30,134 bases of DNA from Eledone cirrhosa (GCA_964016885.1 CAXHJY010001039.1:1-30134), one strand, 5' to 3'. Positions 1-12,457 are shown, counted from the stretch's first letter. The notes: generated by a model not told the origin, from the sequence alone. Numbers and translations: made by a program.

Positions 1-111
1 CTCCCATTAGGTTGACCGTACTGCCTTTAGCGCACGTGTGCTAAAAGGTGGTACTCTTGTGGTTAACCGACATTTGATCTTGATTGCTCCAGTTTTCTTT
101 AATGTGTAAAC

Positions 112-146
112 ATGGCAGCTCCTCTGGCAGTGTGCACTAAGAAAGT
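112..146 (+). mobile_element. Possible 5' start of a mariner transposase ORF (truncated remnant)
   Basis: ATG at 112 reads MAAPLAVCTK, resembling the N-terminus of some mariner transposases (MxAPLxxCTKEEQR). Similarity stops after ~11 codons. Confidence 0.3.
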
Positions 147-304
147 TATTGCCTGATGTATATTTGGGTTACTTTTGGCTTCTCGTGATAAACACACCAC
201 GGATGAATGCATGTTTCATTAGATCCAATGATTTAGAATACGGCCGGTCAATAGTCTGGGTTGAATCGTTAGAAATAGAAGTGTCTATGTGAGAATGAAA
301 TATA

Positions 305-480
305 CACAGCAACGTCAAATGGAGGGTCCTTGAAAAATCTATGGCGTCTCTTATCTAATACGTGAGATGTAGGCTTTGCACTATTGAAAATATTCTAATC
401 CTACAAGATCTGAGATTCTCCAACGGCTATTTCAACTCCAGGAGCGAGATATTCACACACATCGTAAGCGTATTTCAGGT
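305..480 (+). mobile_element. Decayed Penelope-like element, C-terminal end of GIY-YIG endonuclease region
   Basis: From 311 translates NVKWRVLEKS..*..RCRLCTIENILILQ...FNSRSEIF, matching the PLE C-terminal pattern IKWxIL...RCxLCxxEK...LNxRSE. Contains an in-frame stop. Confidence 0.55.
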
Positions 481-989
481 AGTATCTTCTTAAATTGTGG
501 AAATCTCATCCTCCGAACTATTCACCACTTCAGTTGATTGACTTACTGAAATTGACACTCCCACCCTCCACTCCTCACTTTTCGTGCCTCTAAAGCTGAT
601 ATACGAAGTTCTTAAATATACCCTTCAACTAATCGAATATACACCCACTAAACATTTCTATCCTTCAAAAGAAAGTATCTTTCCAAAATACAATGGCATG
701 CTTTCATCCTTGAGTTATCAATTTCCTACTCTCGCAAACATTTCCACTCCTGTGACTGAATGCAGAATATTGAGCAGCCATATTGTAAAACATACCGAAT
801 CTGAAGAAACATGTGTTCAGCCGTGGTGTGTTTCTAATTCTATTTAAGGCATAATTATCGAGGAAAGCCAACGATAACCCAAACAAATATTGTGTAATAT
901 CGTTATAAACTCTTCTGACAATTTTTAATATAATGCTACACACAAACTCATAAATATATATAATATATATATATATTATATATATAGAT

Positions 990-1104
<115 letters not shown>

Positions 1105-1268
1105 TGTTTAATATAGAAATGGCTTCTACAGGACTGGAACTGTTTCATTCGAAGGAAATTAACAGGAAAGCCCTTTTAAATATTGTATACACTCTACTAT
1201 GTATTGGGTACCTTACTTACTGTGGTTACCCCGACTGAAACCGACACACACACACACACACACATATA

Positions 1269-1320
<52 letters not shown>

Positions 1321-1325
1321 ATATA

Positions 1326-1390
1326 TAGGATGTCCCCAAAAAATGTATACAAACTTCAACAGCATTCTAATACATTTATGGGATACCCTG
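1326..1390. mobile_element. 65-bp Tc1/mariner-type miniature inverted-repeat element in a (TA)n tract
   Basis: Left end TAGGATGTCCCCAAAAAATGTAT. The right end reverse-complements to CAGGGTATCCCATAAATGTAT (imperfect ~22-bp TIRs of the CAGGGTG type). TA flanks on both sides. Confidence 0.7.
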
Positions 1391-1600
1391 TATATATATA
1401 TATTAAATTTGAAATGTAGTCGTCTCCAGGGGTACTTTACCTGATTATATCATTGCATGTGTGTGTGTGTATTTAAGTATGTATGTATATATAATATATA
1501 TATATATATATATTAGTTATTTGATTTATCAATATAAAAGATAATTTCTGCGAGTATTTCTATCATTCTAAAAATTCCTTAAATCTCATATTTCCATCAG

Positions 1601-1729
1601 TTGCAGACGAGAGCTGTAGAGATGCAATGAATGGATGGCTCCGTAGTGAAGAGAGCGAGACTATGTTCATACTTCTATTACAGAAAGATGTGTTGTGCAT
1701 CCTGTAAAAATGCCAAAAGGTCGCGATGA
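1601..1729 (+). CDS. Terminal coding exon encoding a PLAC domain of an ADAMTS/ADAMTS-like (THSD4/ADAMTSL-type) extracellular matrix protein; contains a +1 frameshift
   Basis: Pyrimidine-rich acceptor tttccatcAG (1599-1600). Removing one G at 1637-1638 gives ADESCRDAMNGCSVVKRARLCSYFYYRKMCCASCKNAKRSR*, with the six-cysteine PLAC spacing C-x-D...C-xxV...LC...YY...CCxSC and stop TGA at 1727-1729. Confidence 0.85.
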
Positions 1730-1854
1730 GGCCGTTCTGTTGTTTGGTATTTCATTCACCTCGACAAGGAAAATCTTTCCGTAAAAACTCACTGCAGTGC
1801 CACAGGTCGGGTACTCTCTTGACATTTTAGTAATAGATACCCCTTTAACGCCGC

Positions 1855-2079
1855 ACACATATATTCTTTCACACACGCGCAGGCACACACACACACACAT
1901 ACACACACAAACACATATACTCTTCTTGGTCCCTCTCTCACAGACATTCACACAGATAAATTTTCTAACACAGGCAGATATTCGCAAACATACACACAAA
2001 CATATATATCTATATATATATGTGTGTGTGCGTATACACACGCACCCACATACATATATACATATATGTATATATATAC

Positions 2080-2114
<35 letters not shown>

Positions 2115-2392
2115 CATATATACATATATGTATATATATATGTATATACATACATATATATATATTATATACATATATATATATATGTGTGTATATACAT
2201 GAATACATATACATACATATATATATATGAATACATATATATATATATATAAATAAATAATATACATATATATATAAATACATATATATATATATATAGT
2301 AATAATAATAAAATTGAAGACTAAAATCCAAAGAGGGCTCGATAAGGGTGAAAGCAAGCGATTCTTTGCTTAAACTTTAATCTGTTATTTTA

Positions 2393-2442
<50 letters not shown>

Positions 2443-2515
2443 CATATATATATATATATACATATTTATATACATGTATATACACGCACATACATACACA
2501 CACACATACACACAT

Positions 2516-2557
<42 letters not shown>

Positions 2558-2955
2558 TTGTAAGTTCAAAAGCAAAAAGATAAAACAAGCATAAAGGAGT
2601 ACTCGTTACATGTCATTTAATATTAATCTGTAAAGTATACATGTATTTATTAGAATCTTAGATAATACGGTGAAATTTCCTGTTTCACTTAGAAATATGA
2701 TCTTCTCGGGAGCAAGAACAGCCTCTATTTCTAAGTGAAACGGTAGAACCCAAAATTCTAATAATATAATATATATATATAACACATATATATATACATA
2801 TATATATATATGTACATATATATATATGCATATATATATATATACATATATATATACATATATACATACATATATATACATATATATATATATACATATA
2901 CATATATATATATATACATATATATACATATATGTATACATATATATGTATACAT

Positions 2956-2999
<44 letters not shown>

Positions 3000-3001
3000 T
3001 A

Positions 3002-3034
<33 letters not shown>

Positions 3035-3065
3035 ACATATATATTATACATATATATATATATAC

Positions 3066-3137
<72 letters not shown>

Positions 3138-3197
3138 AATATATATAATATATATATATACATAAATATACATATATAAATATATACATATATGTAC

Positions 3198-3228
<31 letters not shown>

Positions 3229-3244
3229 TAAATATATACATATA

Positions 3245-3286
<42 letters not shown>

Positions 3287-3378
3287 AATATAAATATATA
3301 CATATATGTACATATATTTATATATATATATAGACATTATATATATATATATAATGTCTATATTTATATATATACACG
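1855..3378. repeat. Extended (TA)n/(CA)n/(TACA)n microsatellite fields with short unique spacers (probably in or after the 3' UTR)
   Basis: Seen directly. Source of the many YI/HT-rich spurious ORFs. Confidence 0.95.
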
Positions 3379-3657
3379 AGTCCTCAAATACAAATGATTA
3401 CTAAGCACTAAAGACTATGTCGACAAACAATTACAGCCCATGTGAAAAAAAAAAAACGTAATCTCCTAGCCGCTTATTTTTTCTCTCTCCTTTAATTATA
3501 TACAAACAATTATATTTGGGTATATTTTTTTATGTTTTGTTTGTTTCCTTTTTCATTCTGTTTCTTTGTTCGTCTTACTATCATCATCATCATCATCATC
3601 ATCCTCACTCATGTGATAATTTAGATATACTGCTTTACTATTTGTTCTTGGGATTTT

Positions 3658-3688
<31 letters not shown>

Positions 3689-3865
3689 AAAACGTAATGG
3701 CAGAGACTATATAATATATCGAAACTCCAAACTAATAGGGCGTGTGTGAGTGAGTTCGCATCCACCGCTGCTGGTGCTGCGGTCTAGCCTTGAACAAGAG
3801 ATTTCACACTAGTTTCCTTTCAAACAGGCATTACTGGTTATTAATTTTTTTTAAAAAGAGGTATT

Positions 3866-4385
3866 ATTCGAGGTCGACTTTACCTTTCATCCTTCCAGGA
3901 TAGATAAAATAAAGTACCAGTGATATACTGGCATCACTGTAACCGACTACCCCTACCCCAAAATTTTCTGGTCATGTACGTATGCTAGAAATGAATGACA
4001 TTATTATTATTAATATTATTATCATTATTAATATTATTATCATCATTATTGACATCATTATTGATTCCGATACTTGACTGATAAAGAACCAGTCAAGTAC
4101 TGGAATTGATACAATCGACTTCTTCTTCCCGATATTGCTGGCCTTGTGCCTAAATTAGAAACCATTATGAGGGCGGCGGATTGGCAGTATAGGTAAAGAG
4201 ACGGACAACATGCTTTGCAGCAGATAGTTACGAACCTTTACGTTCTGAGTTTAAATCCCACCGAGGTTAGCTTTGCCTTCATCCTTACAGGGTCGATAAA
4301 ACAAAGTACCAGTAATGCACTGGCTCGATTTAATCGACTTTCCCCTCCCCAAAAATTGTTGCCCTTGTGGTAAATCAGAAACCAT
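3866..4385 (+). mobile_element. Tandem cluster of tRNA-derived octopus-type SINEs (5'-truncated copies at ~3866-3995 and ~4078-4168; full copy at ~4171-4385)
   Basis: Full copy has an A-box-like TGGCAGTATAGG, a B-box-like GAGTTTAAATCC, core GCCTT(T)CATCCTT...GTCGATAAA...GTACCAGT, tail GCCTTGTG..AAA..AGAAACC and (ATT)n. The same sequence recurs many times in the window. Confidence 0.85.
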
Positions 4386-6074
4386 TACTGCTACTACTAT
4401 TATTATTTTTATTGCTATCACTCTTTTATTTAACTCACAACTGTTATCATTACCATCATTGTTGCCATTATTCCATATCATCGCTATCATCATCATCATC
4501 ATCAAAAACAATAAGACTATTATTATTATATTATCGTCCGTACAGTTTTCTCCACACAGCCTTAATGCATTAAAGAAAATAATAAAAACATAAAAACTAA
4601 TCTGACTTGAATCACTGTAATAATAATAATAATATTCACTGAAAATATATAATGAGGATATTTCTATATCATTATTTCAGAGAAATTGTAGGCACTTTAG
4701 TCATAGTGCATATTTTTACTTGAATAAAAAAAAAATGCCCGTTTTAATATTATGTATGTATTTTTTGCGATAAAAGATTCTTATAGCTTGCACACTTTGA
4801 ATTTTTACGAAGCCCAAACCTAGCAGACGACACCTGGTGATATCTGTGAAAATATACATCGGGGAACATTGGGAGTGATTTAATACTGTTTTTTTTTTTG
4901 TGATAACGTATTTTACACAACTTTACACAACTTTATACACCAACCTATATTTGTAAATTCTTATGGTTGAATTACCTTACCTCGTAGGTAATTTTTGGCT
5001 AGATATTGAAAAAAAAACACCCACCATTGAACTGAATCAAATATTTAAAAAATATCTTATATCAAAATATGAAAGTCAAGGATTATTTTGATAAAAATTT
5101 TATAATTTATAATTAATGGAAGATTAGAAAAAACAACATATGATGACGAAAACAAATTTGCAAAAAGGATACCAAAAAAAAGTAAGACGGCAAAATCTTT
5201 TTTTTTTTAATGTTGGTTTTCCAAACAGAGCAACGATGAAAACCGATAAGTTTCGTCAAAAATGTCGCAGAGGAAGAAAAAAATGTTCACGAGTCGACAG
5301 AGAAAAAACTTCTTAATTATCAACTTTTAAAACTTTTCTTTTAGAAAAAAACATGTCGAAATGCCAAAGTTTGTTTTCTTAAAATAAATATACATATGTG
5401 AGTGTGTGTTTGTCTTCTGTTATTTTATTTCCGGATATATTTTATTTTTTATTTTCTTTATTTCCGTCTTTCTTTTTTTTTTACTTTATATTCTTTCAAC
5501 TTCCAAGCTGTTGACAGTATTCATAATAATGAACTCCTATAACGGCTATAGGAAACTAGACTAGACTATCTCTCCCCATATTTTTTTATCCGATTAACGA
5601 ATGAAAAGATGCCTATCAGTATTTTAGTTGATGTGAAATGGGAATGTAACCATTTTTTTGTTTTTCAAATATAAAAGAAAGGAAGCTTTGATAAAACTAC
5701 GTTCAAGATCCACACGTATGGCGTCTTTGTGTGTAACTTAATCAAACAATTCTAATTTTCCACGCCTATTAATGTACATTACAATATTGTAAATCTACTT
5801 AGTTATATCTCTCATCACTATCTCGGCAAATATGGTAAGGGTTAAGTTTCGCTTAGGAGAGCTAAAAAAATCGAAACATGTCCGGAGTTGTTTCCTCTAC
5901 TCATGAAAATATCTATAAAAAGGGGCAAAAAGTGGCAACATTTCGACAGTGTGACAGTGATTGATACTAACATAAGTCAGGACCAATAATGTTGATGATT
6001 CTTCTTTGAATCCTATCTAGAAACTCGGGGTGCAGAACAGAAGCATCAGACCAGATATGGCAACGCAATACAAG

Positions 6075-6190
6075 GACGAGTTGTACTTTATTTTATCAAA
6101 CATCAGAATGATGGAAGGAAAAGTTGGCTTTGCACAAAATGTAAACTCAGAATATAAAGACACGAGGAAATGCCGCAAGGTAATTTGTAT
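6075..6190 (-). mobile_element. Degenerate SINE fragment (same family)
   Basis: GTACTTTATTTTATC...GATGGAAGGAAAAGTTG...AAACTCAGAA is the reverse complement of the SINE core. Confidence 0.6.
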
Positions 6191-6687
6191 CTATCAATGT
6201 ATACAGATGTATGAAAATGGATAACTATATTTTTGATATGGAAATAATACAAACTCGCACCGGTGTATTTCATCTTTTAGTTTCTTTAATTTAATACAAT
6301 GACGTTTATTCTCTATAAAATGGTGACTTAATTAAGTAAAGATGGGATATCATCCAGTAATAAGCAGAGGAATTATTGAAACAGCTCACCACAACGTCTC
6401 TGATGAGATTCGAACCCGTACCAATTTTCAAATAAAATAACAGTTTATATTGCCTCTCGCGTACTCCATGGCCTGCCTCTATTCTAGGAGCGTGCAGTGT
6501 AGTGGATCGGATATAATTAGAAGAGAAAATGTTTTTCTTGGCATGAGAACGATACGAACTTGCAACGACATATTTGATTTTCTCGTTTATTTACTTTGAT
6601 ACTTTAGTACAATACGTATATTTGCCGTAACTAAAAAGTAGTGTGGATACATACACAGAAGTTCTCATTTATTATTATTGTTATCTT

Positions 6688-6880
6688 GAGGGCGTCGGAT
6701 TAGCAGTATCGGTAGGGCGTCGGACATGTTTTACGGTATAGTTACGGCCCATTACGTTCTGAGTTTAAATCCCAAGGTCTTTCATCCTTACGAGTTGATA
6801 AAATAAAGTACCACTGGAGTCGATTTAATCGACTTTCCACTCCTCTAAAATTATTGGCCTTGTACCTAAGTACAATTATT
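6688..6880 (+). mobile_element. tRNA-derived SINE, near full length
   Basis: GGCGTCGGATTAGCAGTATCGGTAG head, TTACGTTCTGAGTTTAAATCCC, CTTTCATCCTT core, GGCCTTGTACC tail, (ATT)n. Confidence 0.85.
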
Positions 6881-6892
6881 ATTGATGACTTA

Positions 6893-7118
6893 AAAGCAAT
6901 GACATGGCAGAATGGTTAGAGCATCAAATAATATGATTCACAGCATTTTGTTACGGCTCATTACGTTCTGAGTTTTAATACTTCTAAAGTAGACTATGCC
7001 TTTCAACCCTCAAGTGTTGATAAAATAAAGTACCAGTCATGTAATGGGATCGATATAATCGAATTTTCCCCCCTCCTTGTAAATTGCTAGCCTTGTGTCA
7101 ATGTTAGAAAAAGTATTA
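6893..7118 (+). mobile_element. tRNA-derived SINE, full length, older copy
   Basis: TGGCAGAATGGTTAGAGC head, TTACGTTCTGAGTT, GCCTTTCAACC, GATAAAATAAAGTACCAGT, GCCTTGTG tail. Confidence 0.85.
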
Positions 7119-7479
7119 GTGATGTCTTAATATAACCTTTTATCGATCCAATGTTTGAGAATAAAATTGTGTAGACAGAATCTCTATGGAATCCCTCAAC
7201 CCCCACCTTTGATGGAACGTAAATGTAATTCTAATAGCCAGCTTTATCACACACTCTGTAATGCTAATTCTGTCTCAGGATAACGTTAAGAGTACTTATG
7301 AATGTGGACTGCTTAGCCACTTATATCATACTTCGGTCAGTAGATAGTTCGGTTGAGCAACCTGGAATACTTCTAGTCGAAACTGTTAGGAGAGATATTT
7401 ACAAAATGTGTGCCAGTATATATTTTTTCTTGCACAAAAATAGAAATATTGAGAGAAGTGAAAAAGAAATAGAGATGAA

Positions 7480-7620
7480 GAATCGACCTCAGTACTGGTA
7501 CTTCTTTTATCACCTTCGAAAGAATGAAAGACAATGTTGACCTCTGAGCGCAGAGAGCCGGAGCAAATACCACGAAGCATTCTATCCGACGTTTTAACTA
7601 CTCTGCCAATTCACTGCCTA
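7480..7620 (-). mobile_element. tRNA-derived SINE with internal deletion
   Basis: AATCGACCTCAGTACTGGTAC...GAATGAAAG...ACTCTGCCAATTCACTGCC is the reverse complement of the SINE head and core. Confidence 0.75.
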
Positions 7621-8359
7621 AGAATAGCATAAAGGTTAGTCAATTTTGAATTATATTCATAAATCTTTTTGGATTATATTCATACATAATTTTGAAAATA
7701 ATTAAAACTTTTCAAGGATTTAGTAATATAACTAACTTTCTCATTATTAAGTTGGTGTTTGGAGCATAACTTAATATAACATAAAGGTTCTCACATAAAT
7801 CTGTGATGTAAGATTTTTAGATAAATATAAACATTTTAAAATATCATAGAACCAGATAGCAAGTATCATAGAACCAGAGGCGGTTACAGGCAGTTTTGTA
7901 TCAAAAGAGTTAATCCTGTATGTGTTGAGTTATTGTTTTTTTATGCATTCCTCTGTCTTGAATCTGCCGGAGGAGGAGGCGAAGGAAAAGAGACGCAAGA
8001 CTGAGAAGAAAGAAATGCCGAGATTTATTTATTTAGAAAAGTCTTGAAATTTCTTTAACTTTGCTTCACACGACATTTCAGAAGATAGATTACAGTTTCT
8101 GGTAGATTGCTGAGATTGAACTCTTTGTTCTGATTCTTAAATAAACAAAAGGTTTATCTTGAAGAAGAGATAAATTACATAAACTGCAGCAGACACAAAC
8201 TAACGACCAATTGTCAGAGTTGTTAGAGCGTAAGACAAGGTCAACATTTCATCCTTTCGGGGGCGATATAATAAAGGATCTGCTTAGAGTGATAGATTAG
8301 CGGGGGGGGATCATAGCTTTTTGCATTTTCAGTTCAAATGCCGCTGTAGTCAATTTTTG

Positions 8360-10010
8360 AGTGGCAGTTTCCATCAGTCGAGCCATCTTGTGTGCTGAAA
8401 GAAGATCTTCATAATAGAGACCCTATTACCAGAACGGAAGTTCAATAAGGCTTCTCCTTTCGTAATCAGATCCAACATATGCATTAAAGTCTCCCATTAG
8501 GACATGACTCAGTTATTACTACTTCTAACACTGTAGTGACTTCGTCAAGGAAGGATCTGTACTCGGACTCTCTGTTTGGCGCCTAAACTTGGACCGCCCA
8601 TAGAGACTTATCTTGGACCGCCCATAGAGACCTATCTTGGACCGCCCATAGAGACCTATCTTGGACCGCCCATAGAGACCTAACTTGGACCGGCCATAGA
8701 GACCTATCTTGGACCGCCCATAGAGACCTATCTTGGACTGGCCATAGAGACCTATCTTGGACCGGCCATAGAGACCTAACTTGGACCGGCCATAGAGACC
8801 TATCTTGGACCGCCCATAGAGACCTATCTTGGACCGGCCATAGAGACCTATCTTGGACCGGCCATAGAGACCTATCTTGGACCGCCCATAGAGACCTATC
8901 TTGGACCGGCCATAGAGACCTATCTTGGACCGGCCATAGAGACCTATCTTGGACCGCCCATAGAGACCTATCTTGGACCGCCCATAGAGACCTATCTTGG
9001 ACCGGCCATAGAGACCTATCTTGGACCGCCCATAGAGACCTATCTTGGACCGGCCATAGAGACCTAACTTGGACCGGCCATAGAGACCTATCTTGGACCG
9101 GCCCATAGAGACCTAACTTGGACCGGCCATAGAAACCTATCTTGGACCGCCCATAGAGACCTAACTTGGACCGGCCATAGAGACATATCTTGGACCGCCC
9201 ATAGAGACCTAACTTGGACCGGTCATAGAGACCTATCTTGGACCGCCCATAGAGACCTATCTTGGACCGGCCATAGAGACCTAACTTGGACCGGCCATAG
9301 AGACCTATCTTGGACCGCCCATAGAGACCTAACTTGGACCGGCCATAGAGACCTATCTTGGACCGCCCATAGAGACCTATCTTGGACCGCCCATAGAGAC
9401 CTATCTTGGACCGGCCATAGAGACCTATCTTGGACCGGCCATAGAGACCTATCTTGGACCGGCCATAGAGACCTATCTTGGACCGCCCATAGAGACCTAT
9501 CTTGGACCGCCCATAGAGACCTAACTTGGACCGGCCATAGAGACCTAACTTGGACCGGCCATAGAGACCTATCTTGGACCGGCCATAGAGACCTAACTTG
9601 GACCGGCCATAGAGACCTATCTTGGACCGCCCATAGAGACCTAACTTGGACCGGCCATAGAGACCTATCTTGGACCTCCCATAGAGACCTATCTTGGACC
9701 GCCCATAGAGACCTATCTTGCAGCCTAAGATTCATGAGGCAAATCTTCGTTTCCAATGGATTCCTGTTCATAACACATTCTGACAGCATGGAGGCTGTGG
9801 ATATCCCCAATCCTACTTGTGCAGTCATTTCTGGCGCCACACATGAATAGTGGAATTTCCATCCTCCATCCAAATCTACAGCACCAGAGCCACGGAACTT
9901 TGTCTAGGGAATCCCTACTATAACTAGCCAGTAGCAACTGGCCTCCTCCACTCGTTCCTGCTCCTTACCTGTAAGGGTTGTAACATTGTAGCTACCAATT
10001 GTTTAGGTTT
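8360..10010 (-). mobile_element. RTE-clade LINE remnant: N-terminal part of the APE endonuclease, interrupted by a 24-bp minisatellite
   Basis: Minus strand gives GSYNVTTLTGKEQE...GSGAVDLDGGWKFHYS...AQVGLGI...LRLQDRSLWAVQ[repeat]V*APNRESEYRSFLDEV...MGDFNAYVG...FFQH, which are RTE (Expander/REX3-like) APE motifs with stops and frameshifts. Confidence 0.85.
8588..9720. repeat. 24-bp minisatellite, ~47 copies (TTGGACCG[C/G]CCATAGAGACCTA[T/A]C)
   Basis: Head-to-tail units without spacers, two main dimorphic positions and one extra C near 9102. Confidence 0.97.
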
Positions 10011-10074
10011 GTTCTCTCCTGGACCCGCTTTTGAGCCTGGATAGGTTGCGTTCAATAATAAATAAGGTATAAGG

Positions 10075-10220
10075 GGAAGATATCAATTATTGATTTTCTT
10101 ATTGTCTCTGATCACTTCGATTCTGTGCTGTGATCGTGTTAAGAGGGGACTGAGCTGTCAACTGATCACCATCTGGGTATCTGCAGCTTGAGACTACCTA
10201 AAGCCAAGAAAGCCCACATA
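10075..10220 (+). mobile_element. RTE LINE fragment: C-terminal part of APE endonuclease in opposite orientation
   Basis: Plus strand reads SIIDFLIVSD...RVKRG/TELSTDHHLGICSLRL (the APE IDF and SDH motifs), with frameshifts. Confidence 0.75.
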
Positions 10221-10221
10221 T

Positions 10222-10910
10222 TCCTGAGAATGTCGTGTGGGCAGAGTCCTTAAACACTCCTTCCAGCGGTCCAGTCAGAAGCAACCGTCTCCAACTGATC
10301 CGGCTGGATCCCCAAGTGAGACCAGCCGAGCTCATGGATGTTATCCAACCATTTTTGCTCGGTATCTACCTCTGGGTCACCTGCCGGTTTGTTTTACCCG
10401 TAAAATCTGTCCAGCGATTCATTCCTAAAACATTCTAACCACATGCCCACTGTATCGGTGCTGTGATTTCTCAATTTGGGGATGTAGCGGCTCTACCTGG
10501 AGTTAATCTCTGATCTCCAAGCTACGCACCCTATCGAGTAATGTTACTCCAAAGACCCTTCGGAGGAATCCCATTTCGGCCGCTTGTATTCGCGATCGTA
10601 TTCTTTCAATCATTACCCAAGATTCATGACCATAGGTAAGGGTTGTCACGAATACCGAATTGAAAATGGCGAATTTGGCTTTTATGCCCCCCCCCCCCTC
10701 CTTCTGATTACCGAATACTGAAGCTGGCGCATTGGCGCATTGGCACCAGCTCTTGCAATTCTTGCACTTATTTCAGCCTCCTGCCTTCCATCACTAGTAA
10801 ACACGGCCCCGAGATACTTAAACTTCTGTACCTGCTTCAGTGGAACTCCATTCACATATAGAGTGCTTTGCGCAGGCTTCCTTGAGAGGACGAGTGTCTC
10901 AGTTTTCGTT
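10222..10910 (-). mobile_element. RTE LINE fragment: C-terminal reverse transcriptase region and 3' end
   Basis: Minus strand reads KTETLVLSRK...LKQVQKFKYLGAVFTSDG...TLTYGHESWVMIERIRSRIQAAEMGFLRRVFGVTLLDRVRS...GHVVRM, with stops. Confidence 0.9.
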
Positions 10911-11117
10911 TCTTCCGCCTTATTTCCTACGTTCTAGTTATGTCATTTTACTTACTCATTTGCTTTTAATGTCTTCTTTTGTATAATGTCTCTAGGCCTT
11001 CCACTTTAACTTTGTTAGTTCAGTCCCACAGATTGTAAGGATTGTAGCCTCATGTTTATAACATTTATAGTATTGCATATAGGAGCCCTTGTGGCTAATA
11101 AAACAAACGAATATCCT

Positions 11118-11161
<44 letters not shown>

Positions 11162-11540
11162 ATATCACTATTATTATTGACCAACGCTCTAACAACTCTG
11201 CTAATCCACCGCACTTAATAATAACTAGCTGACCCCATGGAAATTCCTAAAATAATAATAAATTCTTTATGATAGTAATAATAAAATTAAAACAACGAGG
11301 AGGAGGAGCAGCGAGAGGAGGAGATAAGAGGCGATACCGTTGTCTGAAACAGTAGTTTCTCTGGAGACAGCTGTATATTTTCTTTGTTTCTCGAACATTC
11401 TCCGGTTTCATAACTTTATCTCTGAAAAATGCTATGTCTCGGGACTTTACTGTTTAGAATTTTAAGGGTTTAAGGTTTCGGGTTTCAGCGTGGACTTTTG
11501 TCTTTTGCTTTCTGCTTTGTTTGTTCGACTAATTGTTTAA

Positions 11541-12200
11541 CTGGCTGACTGGCTTGATGGCTGGCTGACTTGGTGGCTGAATGGCTGGCTTGGTGGCTGG
11601 CTGGCTTGATGGCTGGATGGATGGATGGCTTGGTGGCTGGCTGGCTTGATGGCTTGATGGCTGGCTAGCTTGATGGCTGGCTGGATGGATTGCTTGGTGG
11701 CTGGCTGGCTTGATGGCTGGATGGATGGCTTGGTGGCTGGCTGGCTTGATGGCTAGCTTGGTGGCTGGCTGGCTTGATGGCTGGATGGATGGATGGCTTG
11801 GTGACTGGCTGGCTTGATGGCTTGATGGCTGGATAGCTTGATGGCTGGATGGATGGATGGATGGTGGATGGCTGGCTGGCTTGATGGCTTGATGGCTGGC
11901 TGGCTTGATGGCTTGATGGCTGGCTGGCTTGATGGCTGGCTGGCTGGATTGCTTGGTGGCTGGCTGGCTTGATGGCTGGATGGATGGATTGCTTGGTGGC
12001 TGGCTGGCTTGATGGCTTGATGGCTGGCTGGCTTGATGGCTGGCTGGATGGAGTGCTTGGTGGCTGGCTGGTTTGATGGCTTGGTGGCTGGCTTGATGGA
12101 TGGATGGATGGATGGATGGATGGATGGTGGATGGATGGATGGATGGTGGATGGATGGATGGATGGATGGATGGTGGATGGATGGATGGCTTGGTGACTGG
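11541..12200. repeat. Compound (GGCT)n/(GGAT)n/(GGCTTGAT) simple repeat
   Basis: Seen directly. It explains the P/S/H/Q-rich and W/M/D/G-rich ORFs. Confidence 0.95.
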
Positions 12201-12269
12201 CATCATCATATTTGGTGTAAGAGGCTGAACATTCCACGATCATGAGCATCCTTGGCGCATTCTCACGAA

Positions 12270-12457
12270 ATTTCAGAAAGCCTCAATGTGGAACAAGGCT
12301 GGCACTTTGAATTACAGGTACAACTCATTTCTGCCAGCAGAGTGGATAGCGTGACATATAGTGTCTTGCTCACTGACACAAAATGTTACCGGCAATCGAA
12401 ATCACGACTTAACCATCGTGAGCAGAACACTCAAATCACTAAGCCACGCGCCTTCAC
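12270..12457 (-). mobile_element. tRNA-derived SINE of a second family
   Basis: Minus strand begins GTGAAGGCGCGTGGCTTAGTGA (A box), then GATTTCGATTGCC (B box) and TGAGCAAGACACT (central domain). Confidence 0.75.

Noticed and set aside
795-850. Hammerhead-like CUGAAGA-AACA...UGUUU downstream of the Penelope remnant
   Set aside because: The GAAA half-core is absent (CUAA) and there is no stem I or III. At best a dead relic.
1667-3337. Many YI/VC/HT-rich ORFs (also at 13.9-14.3, 26.4-27.0 and 29.5-29.9 kb)
   Set aside because: Translations of TA/CA/TACA microsatellites.
6395-6480. tRNA-like B box (GGTTCGAATC on minus) and CTGATGAG
   Set aside because: No cloverleaf or properly spaced A box could be built, and there is no GAAA or stems for a hammerhead.
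8588-9720. CRISPR-like array or repetitive protein genes (ORFs 8525-9106 and 9223-9873)
   Set aside because: Units are contiguous with no unique spacers, there are no cas genes, and the context is eukaryotic. The ORFs are read-through of a 24-bp stop-free unit inside a dead LINE.
11529-12249. P/S/Q/H-rich ORFs of 194-226 aa and a Met/Asp/Gly/Trp-rich ORF superficially recalling reflectin-like composition
   Set aside because: Produced by a GGCT/GGAT simple repeat. No reflectin motif or splice evidence.
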